Below, piece after piece: positions 1-9,081 of a DNA stretch of 64,000 nucleotides. Within the stretch, counting starts at the first letter, position 1. Each line of letters starts with the position of its first letter. The notes under the pieces are model-generated. The model saw nothing but the letters and a program-made list of their open reading frames with translations, ran no database searches and was not told where the DNA came from. Source of the DNA: Candidatus Omnitrophota bacterium (lineage in GTDB: Bacteria; Omnitrophota; Gorgyraeia; Duberdicusellales; 4484-171); contig WJJJ01000031.1 in the NCBI GenBank assembly GCA_014729775.1, positions 7,074 to 71,073 on the forward strand, read 5' to 3'. The position numbers and the translations under genes are program-made.

Positions 1-691
1 GGATGAACTTAATTTTCAGTTTCATACCGGCGTGGGCCAGGGTTTGTTCGATTTCAGGTACATGCTGATGCGTGAACGGTTTGTACGCCCAGATGTTGCC
101 TTCGATATTTGCGTAGTGATATTCAATGAGTGCTTTTCTCCCCGCTCCTGTCACGGATGATTTTGCGTCGACCCATACCCCGGGCATAATCGCGTTATTT
201 TTCACCAGCGGATAGAGCGCGAGCGAGACCGAAGTGGCGTAACACCCGGGATTGGCGATAAGGTCTGCGCCCGTGATTTGGTTTCGGTTGAGTTCGCAGA
301 TTCCGTAGACCGCCCGGGAAAGATTCTTTTTATCGAGGTGAGCGGTATTGAAATATTTTTTGTATACGGCGGCCGAAGGGAAGCGGTAATCGGCCGACAG
401 GTCGATTACTTTCTTGTTTTTCCGCAGAAGTTCCGGTACATACCGCATGGAAACGGTGTGCGGCAGGGAAAGGAAGAAAATATCGGCTTTTTTGGCCGCG
501 GCGGAGATATCCAGCGGACTGCACAGCACATCAAGACGGTGGGTGAACCGGGGAAAAAGCGAGGCGTAGGCAACCGGTTTCGCAGTCCGCGAGGAAAGAT
601 ACGTGATTTCCACCTCAGGATGGGAAAGGAGCAGCTCAACGAGTTTTTCTCCGGTGAATCCGGTTGCACCGAGTATTGCGACTTTTTTCAT
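1..691 (-). CDS. argC: N-acetyl-gamma-glutamyl-phosphate reductase, C-terminally truncated by the window edge
   Basis: Reverse-strand translation begins MKKVAILGATGFTGEKLVELL and contains the GCYAT active-site Cys motif. The ATG at 691 is preceded by GGAGAGG. The ORF runs off position 1. Confidence 0.8.
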   Translation of the reverse strand, partial: MKKVAILGATGFTGEKLVELLLSHPEVEITYLSSRTAKPVAYASLFPRFTHRLDVLCSPLDISAAAKKADIFFLSLPHTVSMRYVPELLRKNKKVIDLSADYRFPSAAVYKKYFNTAHLDKKNLSRAVYGICELNRNQITGADLIANPGCYATSVSLALYPLVKNNAIMPGVWVDAKSSVTGAGRKALIEYHYANIEGNIWAYKPFTHQHVPEIEQTLAHAGMKLKIKFI

Positions 692-806
692 TTCCTCATT
701 CCTCTCCTGCTCCGCCGCGCGTATTTGTTCGCGCGGCTATTCCGGGCAATTTAATTATCTTAAACGAAAATTTGGTACTGGTCAATATAATTGTGGCGCC
801 GGCCGT

Positions 807-1523
807 TCACGCCGTCGGTGAAGGATTCAGGGGACATTCCTTGTGGTGTTCGGGGCAGTACCCGTATCGGGCGCACTTAGGCCCGGCGAACCGGAACGCT
901 TCCGGCAGGATTTTGTTGCAGGCGCCGAGCATTTCTGCGGCCAGGGACCGGATTTCCCACTGGGCGCGGATGCAGAGGCGTTCGCCGAAAAAATGGAACA
1001 GTTCCCGGACGTTCATGGTGAGTACGATCTTCGTTTCCGCTGCCTGGGGGAGCAAAAAACGCAGATCCTGGTTGATCTGTTCCCTGTTCAACTCGGTTGT
1101 CCGTTCCAGCAGCTGTTTTAACTCTTGGTAGGCGGCGGTGAGTGAAGCGACGGCCGCCTGAAATTTTTTGTTTCCTTCGGGATGATCGCGTACCGCTTTG
1201 GGAGTGATATAGGGAAATTGGTCCATATCAACGTAGCGCTGGCTTTGTTGGGAGTATGACGCCAGGCGGTGTCGCACAAGCTGATGGGAGCATACCCGCG
1301 AAATTCCTTCGACCGCGAACGTGAAATTGACGTGTTCCAGCGGCGAAAGGTGTCCCCGCCGGATGAGGTGTTCGATGAACCGCGCGATTTTCTCGGAAGA
1401 AAGATTTTCCGAAGACCGGAATGTTTCGGCGGCCGTCTGTTTGGAATAACACTGCCGCGCCGCCGCGTAAATAAGTTTCTGCGGATTATGCGGATAAGAA
1501 AGCAGTTCGACTTTCATGTGCAT
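807..1523 (-). CDS. thyX: flavin-dependent thymidylate synthase ThyX
   Basis: ThyX signature RHR-x7-S-x-RY is present (VRHRLASYSQQSQRY). Confidence 0.8.
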   Translation of the reverse strand: MHMKVELLSYPHNPQKLIYAAARQCYSKQTAAETFRSSENLSSEKIARFIEHLIRRGHLSPLEHVNFTFAVEGISRVCSHQLVRHRLASYSQQSQRYVDMDQFPYITPKAVRDHPEGNKKFQAAVASLTAAYQELKQLLERTTELNREQINQDLRFLLPQAAETKIVLTMNVRELFHFFGERLCIRAQWEIRSLAAEMLGACNKILPEAFRFAGPKCARYGYCPEHHKECPLNPSPTA

Positions 1524-1541
1524 GCAACGTAAAAAGACTGA

Positions 1542-2042
1542 TTAACTGCAATGCGGGACGGGCATGGATTTGCGGGCGCGCGTCCATTCATATGCGCCGA
1601 ATGCGACCCCGGCGTATATGAGGTTTGCCGTTAAGGATATTCTGAGAAACGGGAGCGCTCTTACATAACAGGTCAGAAGCCCGTTGACAGTATGCGGGTA
1701 CCATCCGATCATCCATACTCCGAAATTCGTTACCAGGTAAAACAGGAGCGAAGAACCGAGCGTGTATCCGGCAATTCGTCCCGTTGATATTCGGCCGCGC
1801 AGGCGGGTTCCGATCAGGTAAATCAGCGCCGCGCTTCCCCAGGTAAACAGCACTGCTCCGTGCAGGCCGAGCATCATATCCGAAATGACGTACATTCCCA
1901 GGGGAAGCAGAATCCCTCCCTTCTTATGGGGGGCATAGGCGGCCGCGAATAACGCGAAGGCCGCGAGCGGCGAGAAATTCGGCACATGCGGGATCAGGCG
2001 TGCCCCTATTCCGAAGACGAGTAATAGCAGGTATAACCACAT
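1542..2042 (-). CDS. integral membrane protein, possibly a DUF6580-like ECF-type substrate-binding component
   Basis: Multiple hydrophobic helices. N-terminus has the RLIPHVPNFSPLAAFALF motif that I recall from the DUF6580 family; the family call is from memory only. Confidence 0.45.
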   Translation of the reverse strand: MWLYLLLLVFGIGARLIPHVPNFSPLAAFALFAAAYAPHKKGGILLPLGMYVISDMMLGLHGAVLFTWGSAALIYLIGTRLRGRISTGRIAGYTLGSSLLFYLVTNFGVWMIGWYPHTVNGLLTCYVRALPFLRISLTANLIYAGVAFGAYEWTRARKSMPVPHCS

Positions 2043-2107
2043 GACAGTATCCTATCAGAGACGGTGCGATTGTCAATACTCTTTGTCCGCATTGTCAGCG
2101 CGGTGCG

Positions 2108-2872
2108 CTAAAAGCGGACGATTTCCCGGATTTTTTTATGGAGGAACCCGTTCGAACCGATATACCCGATTGTGCTGTGGAGGATGTCGTTCCCTTTGAG
2201 ATCGGTGATTGTTCCTCCGGCCTCCCGAATAAGCGTTACTCCTCCGGCGAAATCCCACGGCCGGTCGTGAAATTCCACGCTGAAATCGATTTTCCCTTCG
2301 GCGAGATAAGAGAGTGCGCGGACGGAAGATCCGAACATCCGGATATTGAAAACCTGAACCGATAATTGTTTCAGGATTTTCAGCATTACTTCAGGCGAGT
2401 ACCTGATACTGGAATCAAAGGAAATCGAACTTTGAACCATATCCGCGGTATTCGAGACCGAGATCTTCCGTTCGTTTTTATACGCGCCGTTCCCCTCCTC
2501 CCCCACGTACAGCTCGTTTTCCAGAGGCATATATATTACGCCCGCGACGAAGTGTTCCTTATAAAGAATGCCGATGGAAACTCCGAAGACGTGAATCCCC
2601 CGGATAAAATTATGGGTACCGTCAAGAGGATCGATGATCCACAGGTAATCGCTTTTCATTCCCTGCTTTCCGCCTTCCTCCCCGATGATGGAGTGGGTGG
2701 GGAACTGGGCTGATATTTTTTCAACGATCATTTTTTCCGCGGTCTGATCCAGATCGGTTACCAGATTACGGTCACCTTTCTGCTCTACGCGCGAAATGCG
2801 GCCGAAATTTTTCGCGAGGAAATTACCCGCTTCCCGCGCCGCGTCCGCCGCGACAGTCACGATTTCTTTCAC
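2108..2872 (-). CDS. inositol monophosphatase family protein (SuhB-like)
   Basis: WIIDPLDGT metal-binding motif and overall IMPase layout. Confidence 0.8.
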   Translation of the reverse strand: MKEIVTVAADAAREAGNFLAKNFGRISRVEQKGDRNLVTDLDQTAEKMIVEKISAQFPTHSIIGEEGGKQGMKSDYLWIIDPLDGTHNFIRGIHVFGVSIGILYKEHFVAGVIYMPLENELYVGEEGNGAYKNERKISVSNTADMVQSSISFDSSIRYSPEVMLKILKQLSVQVFNIRMFGSSVRALSYLAEGKIDFSVEFHDRPWDFAGGVTLIREAGGTITDLKGNDILHSTIGYIGSNGFLHKKIREIVRF

Positions 2873-2884
2873 GATGTTCCTCCT

Positions 2885-3334
2885 TTAGCGGTACCGCTTT
2901 AGTTCACGGTCAGTTTCACGTTGTACGATTTTTTCCTTGATCTTTTTCCGTTTATCGAATACTTTTCTCCCTTTTCCCAGGGCCAGTTGAATTTTCGCGA
3001 CTCCCCGATCATTAAAATATACTTTCAGCGGGATCAACGTGTAGCCTTTCTGGGTGGTCAGGCCGATCAATTTTTTTATTTCCCGTTTGTGTAGCAGTAA
3101 TTTCCTGGTCCGCCGCGGATCGGGTTTGAATACCGAGGATTTTTCGTATTCCGGAATATGCATCTGGTAGACAAAGACTTCTCCTCCTTCGACCCGGGCA
3201 AAGCTTTCGTCCAGCGAACAGCCGCGCGTTCGTAACGATTTCACCTCATTCCCTTTGAGTTCGATTCCGGTTTCCCAGGTATTGAGAATGTCATAGTTAT
3301 GTTTTGCTTTTTTGTTTGAGGCGACGGTTCTCAT
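2885..3334 (-). CDS. smpB: SsrA-binding protein SmpB
   Basis: KHNYDILNTWETGIELKGNEVKSLR ... LLLHKREI ... GYTLIPLKVYF ... LALGKGRK: classic SmpB. Confidence 0.9.
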   Translation of the reverse strand: MRTVASNKKAKHNYDILNTWETGIELKGNEVKSLRTRGCSLDESFARVEGGEVFVYQMHIPEYEKSSVFKPDPRRTRKLLLHKREIKKLIGLTTQKGYTLIPLKVYFNDRGVAKIQLALGKGRKVFDKRKKIKEKIVQRETDRELKRYR

Positions 3335-3335
3335 C

Positions 3336-4283
3336 TTACCAAGAAAATCCGCTTATACGTAAATATAATCCGAGCCACAGGGGGATCGTGAATATGCTGA
3401 ACAGGTGAGTTACAAGGACCCCCTGGGAGACGAATTCACTGTCAGCGCGGCGCATGTCGGCCACGATCGGCAGTGAGGCCGCCGAAGGCATCGCCGCTTC
3501 GAGAATCACGAACGTCCCGAACAGCGAGTAGATCCGGAAGTACACCAATCCCGCCAGGAAGATTCCCGGAAGCACGAACAATTTGACCGCGGTTACGAGG
3601 CCCAGACTGGCAAGCTGGCGCATCGCTCCTCCCAGCCGGACTCGAGCCAGCCAGCAGCCCAGGATCAGCATCGACAGCACGAAGCTGGTGTCACCGATCA
3701 TTTTCATCGGGTAAAGGACTACCCGGGGAACGTACTCGCTGATTCCCAGCCATACGAATATGACGGCGAGAATAGTACTGGAGACCGGAGGGGTGAACAA
3801 TGAGCGCAGCCGGAACTCTTCTCCCTCGCGTTTAAAAATAAAAAAACTCCCCAGCGACCACATAATGACGTTGAATCCGAGCAGATAGAAAAAAATATAT
3901 ACCAGGAATTCTTCGCGCAGGGCGGCCGGAAATAGGAACAGGGCCAGGTTCATCGGCAAATACCCGCTGTTCTGAAATCCGGCAAGACTGGTGATCTCGC
4001 TTTGTTTTTGTCTGCCGGGCAGCAACCGCGCACCCTGGGCGAGCAGCGCTCCGGTACCGAAAATGGCCACGCTCAGAAGCAGGAAATTCCACGGCGCGTG
4101 CGTGCGTACCAGGTGAGCGTTTTCCAGGAAATGAGAGAAGATCAGAAACGGGATCGTGAGGTTAATCACGAAAAAGGTCAAAAACTGCAGGGTTTTCTGC
4201 TCAATGACCCTTTTGCGGGACAGAATGAATCCGAGCAGCGAAATTAAAACCAGTTTGATAACGGCTGAAGAAACGATCCACAT
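3336..4283 (-). CDS. AEC family (auxin efflux carrier / malate permease-like) transporter
   Basis: About 10 predicted TM helices, 315 aa, AEC-like N-terminus. Confidence 0.55.
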   Translation of the reverse strand: MWIVSSAVIKLVLISLLGFILSRKRVIEQKTLQFLTFFVINLTIPFLIFSHFLENAHLVRTHAPWNFLLLSVAIFGTGALLAQGARLLPGRQKQSEITSLAGFQNSGYLPMNLALFLFPAALREEFLVYIFFYLLGFNVIMWSLGSFFIFKREGEEFRLRSLFTPPVSSTILAVIFVWLGISEYVPRVVLYPMKMIGDTSFVLSMLILGCWLARVRLGGAMRQLASLGLVTAVKLFVLPGIFLAGLVYFRIYSLFGTFVILEAAMPSAASLPIVADMRRADSEFVSQGVLVTHLFSIFTIPLWLGLYLRISGFSW

Positions 4284-4377
4284 AAGGCCTTATTATAGCA
4301 CAGGATCGGCTTGAGTCCATGAATACGTGGAGTGTTTATTGCACGAGCGCGTATGATGGATATCGTGGACGAGGACA

Positions 4378-4459
4378 TGCGGAAGGGGGGAGTTGAACCC
4401 CCACGGTGTTACCCACTAGACCCTGAACCTAGCGCGTCTGCCTATTCCGCCACTTCCGC
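4378..4459 (-). tRNA. tRNA-Leu (anticodon CAG)
   Basis: Minus strand reads GCGGAAGTGGCGGAATAGGCAGACGCGCTAGGTTCAGGGTCTAGTGGGTAACACCGTGGGGGTTCAACTCCCCCCTTCCGCA. It has a 7-bp acceptor stem, anticodon loop TTCAGGG, a long variable arm and a GGTTCAA T-loop. Confidence 0.85.
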
Positions 4460-4638
4460 ATATGGATATTTCCTCTAAAAAGAACTGCTACGAAATTTTT
4501 CCTGAGGATTTCTCTCTCCGTCAGAAACGCGGGAACCACGATGAACGGATCATTCTTCGCCTACGGCGAAGCGTGGTTGCCGCCACTTCCGCAATACGTA
4601 CTTTTCTCAAGGAATCTGGATCGCCGCTGAATTAACAA

Positions 4639-4666
4639 ATTATAGCAGAAAATATGTTCTTGCCAA
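4639..4666 (-). promoter_or_regulatory. sigma70-like promoter (TTGGCA-N16-TATAAT) driving a ~170-nt leader plus tRNA-Leu
   Basis: Minus strand reads TTGGCAAGAACATATTTTCTGCTATAAT. Same architecture as the other tRNA promoters in this window. Confidence 0.5.
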
Positions 4667-4786
4667 GGTTTATCTTACAGAATAGCTGACTGTGTGCTTG
4701 GTGGGTATCTCGAGCTTACCGTTTTCTCAATTCCCGCTTCTTCTCTTCTTCTCCAGCATCAAGGATCATGGATCCAGGATCTGTCT

Positions 4787-5155
4787 TCAATAGACCAGGT
4801 TCTTCTCCCGCGGTGCGTTGCGGTTATTGATGTAGGTAACAGTACAGGTGCCGTCCCGTTTGTCGATCGTTACTTCATAGACGGAGGGACGGTAGAATTC
4901 ACTGATGTTCGTTTTTTTTCCGTAGAAGCGGATGAGCCAGGCATTTTTTTCGGATAACTCCTCAATTGCCGGAGCGGCTACGCGGTAGCGGTACTTGTAG
5001 GGGGTTTCGATGATATGGTTTTGCGCCAGGAGAACCGCTTCTTCGCGGGATACCCCGTCGGCACAGTCGACGGTTCCCATTCGCTGATAAATCGCGTTCG
5101 TGCTGGCACACCCGGTCCACAATACGAGAATCAGTAATGCGCGAAGTATGTTCAT
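4787..5155 (-). CDS. small lipoprotein (hypothetical)
   Basis: Start MNILRALLILVLWTGC with a signal peptide and a Cys lipobox. Strong RBS AATGGAGGAATAAAAATG. Start is 2 nt after the stop of the upstream TPR gene. The longer ORF-track start is rejected. Confidence 0.6.
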   Translation of the reverse strand: MNILRALLILVLWTGCASTNAIYQRMGTVDCADGVSREEAVLLAQNHIIETPYKYRYRVAAPAIEELSEKNAWLIRFYGKKTNISEFYRPSVYEVTIDKRDGTCTVTYINNRNAPREKNLVY

Positions 5156-5157
5156 TT

Positions 5158-5826
5158 TTATTCCTCCATTTTGATCTCTATTTGCGCGAGATAATTCTCG
5201 ATGAAACCAATGATCGGATGTTCTTGTTCGTAGTGCGCCGATTCCAGAAAAAGATCTTTCGCTCTGAGAAAGTTCTTTTTCGCCTTTCCGTATTCCTGAA
5301 GATAAAAATAGCATTGCGCTTTGGCGTCGAATATTCGGGGGTTATCCGTTTCCAGAGATTCGATTTCTTCAAATATCCGTAATGCCGTACGGAATTGACG
5401 CCGGCTGAAATAGACCCAGCCCAGCCCTTCATGAGCCTCGATGAGATCCCGATCACGCGCGAGCGCTTTACGGAATAACGATTCCGCTTCCGGTAGCATG
5501 TTTCTCAACAAAAAGTGTTCTCCCTGCGCGGCGTAGCGTCTTGCCAGATCGTTCCTGTCGGAATTGGATGCCCGCGCGGTTTTCTCATCCGGAGACCGGG
5601 AAGCGGGCGCAACCCTCCGGCCGTCGATAGATTCGATTTCTGTGAGAAAGTATACCAGGGGAATTCCGTGGTGATCGACAGTGACCGTCCGGTTTGTTTG
5701 ACCGATGACCGGCTTGGTCGTTTGTGTCCCGTTTTTAAAACGAATCAGTTCGGGCAATGCTCGGGGGGGAAAGATCGACAGAAGCATGCTGAAAAAGAGA
5801 AAGAAGAATATCCGGGGGTGTTTCAT
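5158..5826 (-). CDS. secreted TPR-repeat protein
   Basis: N-terminal signal peptide MKHPRIFFFLFFSMLLSIF, then TPR-like repeats (AQCYFYLQEYGKA, EGLGWVYF). Confidence 0.6.
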   Translation of the reverse strand: MKHPRIFFFLFFSMLLSIFPPRALPELIRFKNGTQTTKPVIGQTNRTVTVDHHGIPLVYFLTEIESIDGRRVAPASRSPDEKTARASNSDRNDLARRYAAQGEHFLLRNMLPEAESLFRKALARDRDLIEAHEGLGWVYFSRRQFRTALRIFEEIESLETDNPRIFDAKAQCYFYLQEYGKAKKNFLRAKDLFLESAHYEQEHPIIGFIENYLAQIEIKMEE

Positions 5827-5871
5827 TTCGCCGTTGTTTGCATATACAGAGAACCGGGACTGTCCGGCAGT

Positions 5872-6234
5872 TTAACTTTGCGCGAGCCCGGTAATCAGCG
5901 CGCCGAAAATTGCAATTCCGGCGATAAGGACATATGCCAAAGACAAGCAGACTCCGATGATGGCAAATATGCCGAGTATTTTGATAATCAATCCTAAATT
6001 TTGAAGACCCGTGCGTGCGGCGGCAGCATCATCTGTATCCTCAGCCTCGCCAAGATTGTTCGCGGTTTTCAGCGAGAGTATGCCGATCCACAGCGGTATC
6101 CATCCGAAAAGAGCTCCGATAATTGTCAGACACTGAAGAGCGCCGGTCACAATATGGACGATACCGAGGAATTTCAACCAGCCCTTCACTTCGTATAACG
6201 GACGCATGATATGTTGGGTCGACTGTTCTTCCAC
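5872..6234 (-). CDS. small membrane protein (possibly DUF5362-like)
   Basis: Three hydrophobic helices and an N-terminal EVKGWLKFLGI motif; family assignment is from memory only. Confidence 0.4.
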   Translation of the reverse strand: MEEQSTQHIMRPLYEVKGWLKFLGIVHIVTGALQCLTIIGALFGWIPLWIGILSLKTANNLGEAEDTDDAAAARTGLQNLGLIIKILGIFAIIGVCLSLAYVLIAGIAIFGALITGLAQS

Positions 6235-6436
6235 CGGACCTCCTTTTTCTCTCGATCACATAGTATCGGCAATTCGTGCATACCGCACACGAATCTATTA
6301 TACTCTGGAAGTACTTACCGGCGCAAGAAAAGAAATTTCTTCTCTCCATGGAAAGTACTTCCCTCTTAAGAATATTTTGATACAATAGAACGTCCGAGCC
6401 CGTTGGGTTTTGGCCCCGGCAAAGATGCGATACGCC

Positions 6437-6525
6437 GGAGAGGTGTCCGAGTCTGGTTGAAGGAGCTGGTCTCGAAAACCAGTGTAGGCGTAAGTCTACC
6501 GAGAGTTCGAATCTCTCCCTCTCCG
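6437..6525 (+). tRNA. tRNA-Ser (anticodon CGA)
   Basis: GGAGAGGTGTCCGAGTCTGGTTGAAGGAGCTGGTCTCGAAAACCAG...GAGAGTTCGAATCTCTCCCTCTCCG. Long variable arm, 7-bp acceptor stem, followed by a T-run. Confidence 0.85.
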
Positions 6526-6622
6526 TTTTTTTCGCAAAGATTATGACGAGCCCGACATCCCTTCGGGAGAGCGGCGGCGCAATTTCACCCATCCCCTGCA
6601 TGCCAAAGGAACACCGTATGTT

Positions 6623-7087
6623 TCACGGAATCTGTATCCTTGTTCCGCCGGAACGGTAGACGTCGAGTTCCTGCGACATTTCGTTCAATTCAGGAAGATG
6701 TTTTTTGACGACCGCGAGTTCTTCGGGGGTCAGCGGCGGCCCTCCCAGAGGGTTTTTTGAAATAAAGGGGCTGTCCAGTGATTCCCGGTACTGGGTCATT
6801 TGTTCCGCCTGCATCCACGCCGAGAGTACACGCGCGGCCAAGACGGAATATTCCATCTCGGTGAGTTCGTATTTATTGAGGACTTCTTGCATTTCGCGGT
6901 AGTTTCGCACGTTCGTCCCGTCGCCGTTTCCTTCTCCGGAAGGACGCAGCGCCTGATCGAGTTCCCTGGTGATGTTCATGTAGGTGCGGATATTTGCTTC
7001 AGTGATTTTTATCTGCGGAAGTTCCTGTGCCTGCGCGCCGAGGAACATGATCCAAAGTGCCGGAAATACCACGAGGAAACGTTTCAT
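6623..7087 (-). CDS. secreted hypothetical protein
   Basis: Signal peptide MKRFLVVFPALWIMFLGAQAQ; no recognisable domain. Confidence 0.5.
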   Translation of the reverse strand: MKRFLVVFPALWIMFLGAQAQELPQIKITEANIRTYMNITRELDQALRPSGEGNGDGTNVRNYREMQEVLNKYELTEMEYSVLAARVLSAWMQAEQMTQYRESLDSPFISKNPLGGPPLTPEELAVVKKHLPELNEMSQELDVYRSGGTRIQIP

Positions 7088-7244
7088 TCAGAGCTCCTTT
7101 CTTTGTGAATGATTTCTGGTAATACGCATCATTATATTATATACCATATTCTTTCCGAAAATACGAATGCGGGCGCGATAGGAACGAAAGGACCGCTTTC
7201 TCAACGCGGGATTCGAAGGACTGGTAGTTGGGCGAGAGGATTTA

Positions 7245-7253
7245 TGGTATAAT
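7245..7253 (+). promoter_or_regulatory. extended -10 promoter element (TGGTATAAT) upstream of the CPBP protease gene
   Basis: TGnTATAAT lies about 30 nt upstream of the ATG at 7284. Confidence 0.35.
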
Positions 7254-7283
7254 TGCGCCTAGGGGTTTCCCAAGTATATATTC

Positions 7284-8258
7284 ATGGGTATTTTTATGAA
7301 TCCTCACGAAAAAAAGAAATTTCTTTTCTATACCTGTTTCGCAGTGGCATGTTTTGCCTTCGTGGTACTATTAGAACTGCTGGTGTCTGCTCCCTCCGCT
7401 TCCGTGGGCGATTTCCCGCAGACGGACCCGGCGCGTATGCGTGCGACTCCCCCCGTGCTTTTCTTCCTGGTGGTGTATTTCGGTGTATTCTTCGCCGGGC
7501 TGTGGAATTTAGGCGTGTGCGCCCACCGTAAACTGCGCGGCCTTTCCTTGTTCGATTTTCGGGCTCGGGTCCGTCGTTTGCCGGTTTCCGCGGTCGGGGC
7601 GAGTCAAATTTTCTTTTTCGTCGCAGCGTTTCTCGTGATTCTGCAGATTGTGACGCTGGTACTCGTCCTTTGGCTGGAGATGGTGTCGATGACTCTCGCG
7701 GTCATCCTTAATTTCGCTCTCCAGGTCGGCGTAGTGGCCGTACTGCTGCGCTCTCTTTCAGGCGAGTTTCTGAATGTGAAGGAGGGTGCCCGGCACACAA
7801 AGATGGTGCTGCGGTTGTTTACCGCGTCTCTGCCGCTGTTACTATTTGCGGTGATATTGAATGCGTTCCTGGTGAGACTGCTCCCCATTGAACCGTCGAT
7901 GAATCCTGCGGTACAGATGGTTTTGGCACTGCCTGAGGGGCCGCTGCTCCTGCTCTTCATCATTCAGGGCGTGATACTCGCGCCGCTGGCCGAGGAGCTT
8001 TTTTTCCGGGTCTTCGCGTTTAAACTCCTGCGGCGCAGGTGGGCGTTCTGGCCCGCGGCGGCACTGTTGTCGTCGGTATTCGCGGTGATCCACCGCGCTT
8101 CAGTCAATATCCTTCCGCTTTTCGTGCTGAGCATGGTCCTCTGTTACCTGTATGAAAAAACGCAGAGTGCCTTTCCTCCCATTCTCTTTCATGCCGTATT
8201 TAACGGATTCAACTTCATCATGGTGTTATTGGTAAAAGCGCAGATTACGGCGGGATAG
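7284..8258 (+). CDS. CPBP family intramembrane glutamic endopeptidase (CAAX protease / Abi family)
   Basis: Polytopic membrane protein with the EExxxR (AEELFFRVF), FxxxH (FAVIH) and HxxxN (FHAVFN) motifs. Confidence 0.7.
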   Translation: MGIFMNPHEKKKFLFYTCFAVACFAFVVLLELLVSAPSASVGDFPQTDPARMRATPPVLFFLVVYFGVFFAGLWNLGVCAHRKLRGLSLFDFRARVRRLPVSAVGASQIFFFVAAFLVILQIVTLVLVLWLEMVSMTLAVILNFALQVGVVAVLLRSLSGEFLNVKEGARHTKMVLRLFTASLPLLLFAVILNAFLVRLLPIEPSMNPAVQMVLALPEGPLLLLFIIQGVILAPLAEELFFRVFAFKLLRRRWAFWPAAALLSSVFAVIHRASVNILPLFVLSMVLCYLYEKTQSAFPPILFHAVFNGFNFIMVLLVKAQITAG

Positions 8259-8273
8259 CGCCCTCGCGCGCCT

Positions 8274-9050
8274 TTACCGCAGTTGGTGCATGTAGTCCTG
8301 GACATCCAGCGGAAGGCGGAGCTGTTCCTTAATGTGGCGGATCCTCTGCTGGGCATAGGGGTGGGTGCGGAAATAGGAAATCGGCCGTATTTTACGTTTT
8401 CCGGCCGCTTTCAGCTTCTCCAGTGCTCTGATGCCGGCTTGAGGGTCAAACCCCGCCTTTTCGGCGTATTTTACGGCCAATTCGTCGGCGTTATACTCGT
8501 CTTCGCGGGAATAAGCGACAAAAATCTGTCCCAGAGCGAAGTTGAGCCCCCGGACGAATTCCGGGTCTGCCGGGGCCTGGGTGGCGGCCGCGAGAAGAAT
8601 ATGATAACCGGTCGCCGCCTGCATTCGTTTGATGGCGTGACGGCTCACGATATGTCCGATTTCATGCGCGATTACAAAGGCCAGTTCGTCGTCGGTGAGT
8701 TCGTTCAGCAGGCCCTCGTAAATATACACGTGTCCTCCGGGAATACTGAATGCGTTCATTTCGTCTTGTTCAATCACGTAGACATAATAATTGAGCGCGG
8801 TCCGGTCGACTACGTCGACGATTTTTTTTCTGATTTCCTCTACCCGCGATAGATAATAGGGATTTTTGGAAAGGGGCAGTTCTTCTTCTTCGGCGATACG
8901 TGCGGCCAGATTCCTTCCCAGCGCGATTTCCCGGGAGGTAGAGTACAGCATAAGATCCTGGGAATGTGATCCGGCGTTGTATTCGGTAGTGACACATCCG
9001 GAAAGCACGGCTGCGATCAGGATGAGCTGGGCCAGGCGGCAGAAGTTCAT
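8274..9050 (-). CDS. M48 family zinc metallopeptidase lipoprotein (BepA/YfgC-like)
   Basis: HEIGH zinc motif. Start MNFCRLAQLILIAAVLSGC has a signal peptide and lipobox. The upstream ORF-track start overlaps pyrE and is rejected. Confidence 0.7.
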   Translation of the reverse strand: MNFCRLAQLILIAAVLSGCVTTEYNAGSHSQDLMLYSTSREIALGRNLAARIAEEEELPLSKNPYYLSRVEEIRKKIVDVVDRTALNYYVYVIEQDEMNAFSIPGGHVYIYEGLLNELTDDELAFVIAHEIGHIVSRHAIKRMQAATGYHILLAAATQAPADPEFVRGLNFALGQIFVAYSREDEYNADELAVKYAEKAGFDPQAGIRALEKLKAAGKRKIRPISYFRTHPYAQQRIRHIKEQLRLPLDVQDYMHQLR

Positions 9051-9081
9051 AATAGGGATCTCTTTGCTCCCGGATTTGAGT

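Noticed and set aside
278-1131. Plus-strand ORFs (278..754, 603..821, 664..1131) at the window start
   Set aside because: They are antisense to argC and thyX, which have clear homology on the minus strand, so they are spurious.
2043-2107. Promoter-like TTGACA-N17-AGGATA immediately upstream of the membrane-protein gene at 2042, suggesting a leaderless mRNA
   Set aside because: The -10 box is weak and the gene may be co-transcribed with suhB upstream; the evidence is insufficient.
4284-4378. Possible tmRNA (ssrA) next to smpB
   Set aside because: No tRNA-like 3' domain (GGTTCAAATCC...CCA) or tag-peptide ORF was found in the smpB flanks. Only tRNA-Leu is present.
6041-6601. 186-aa minus-strand ORF
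   Set aside because: It spans the tRNA-Ser gene and its flanking intergenic DNA and has no RBS or domain; it is an ORF-finder artefact.
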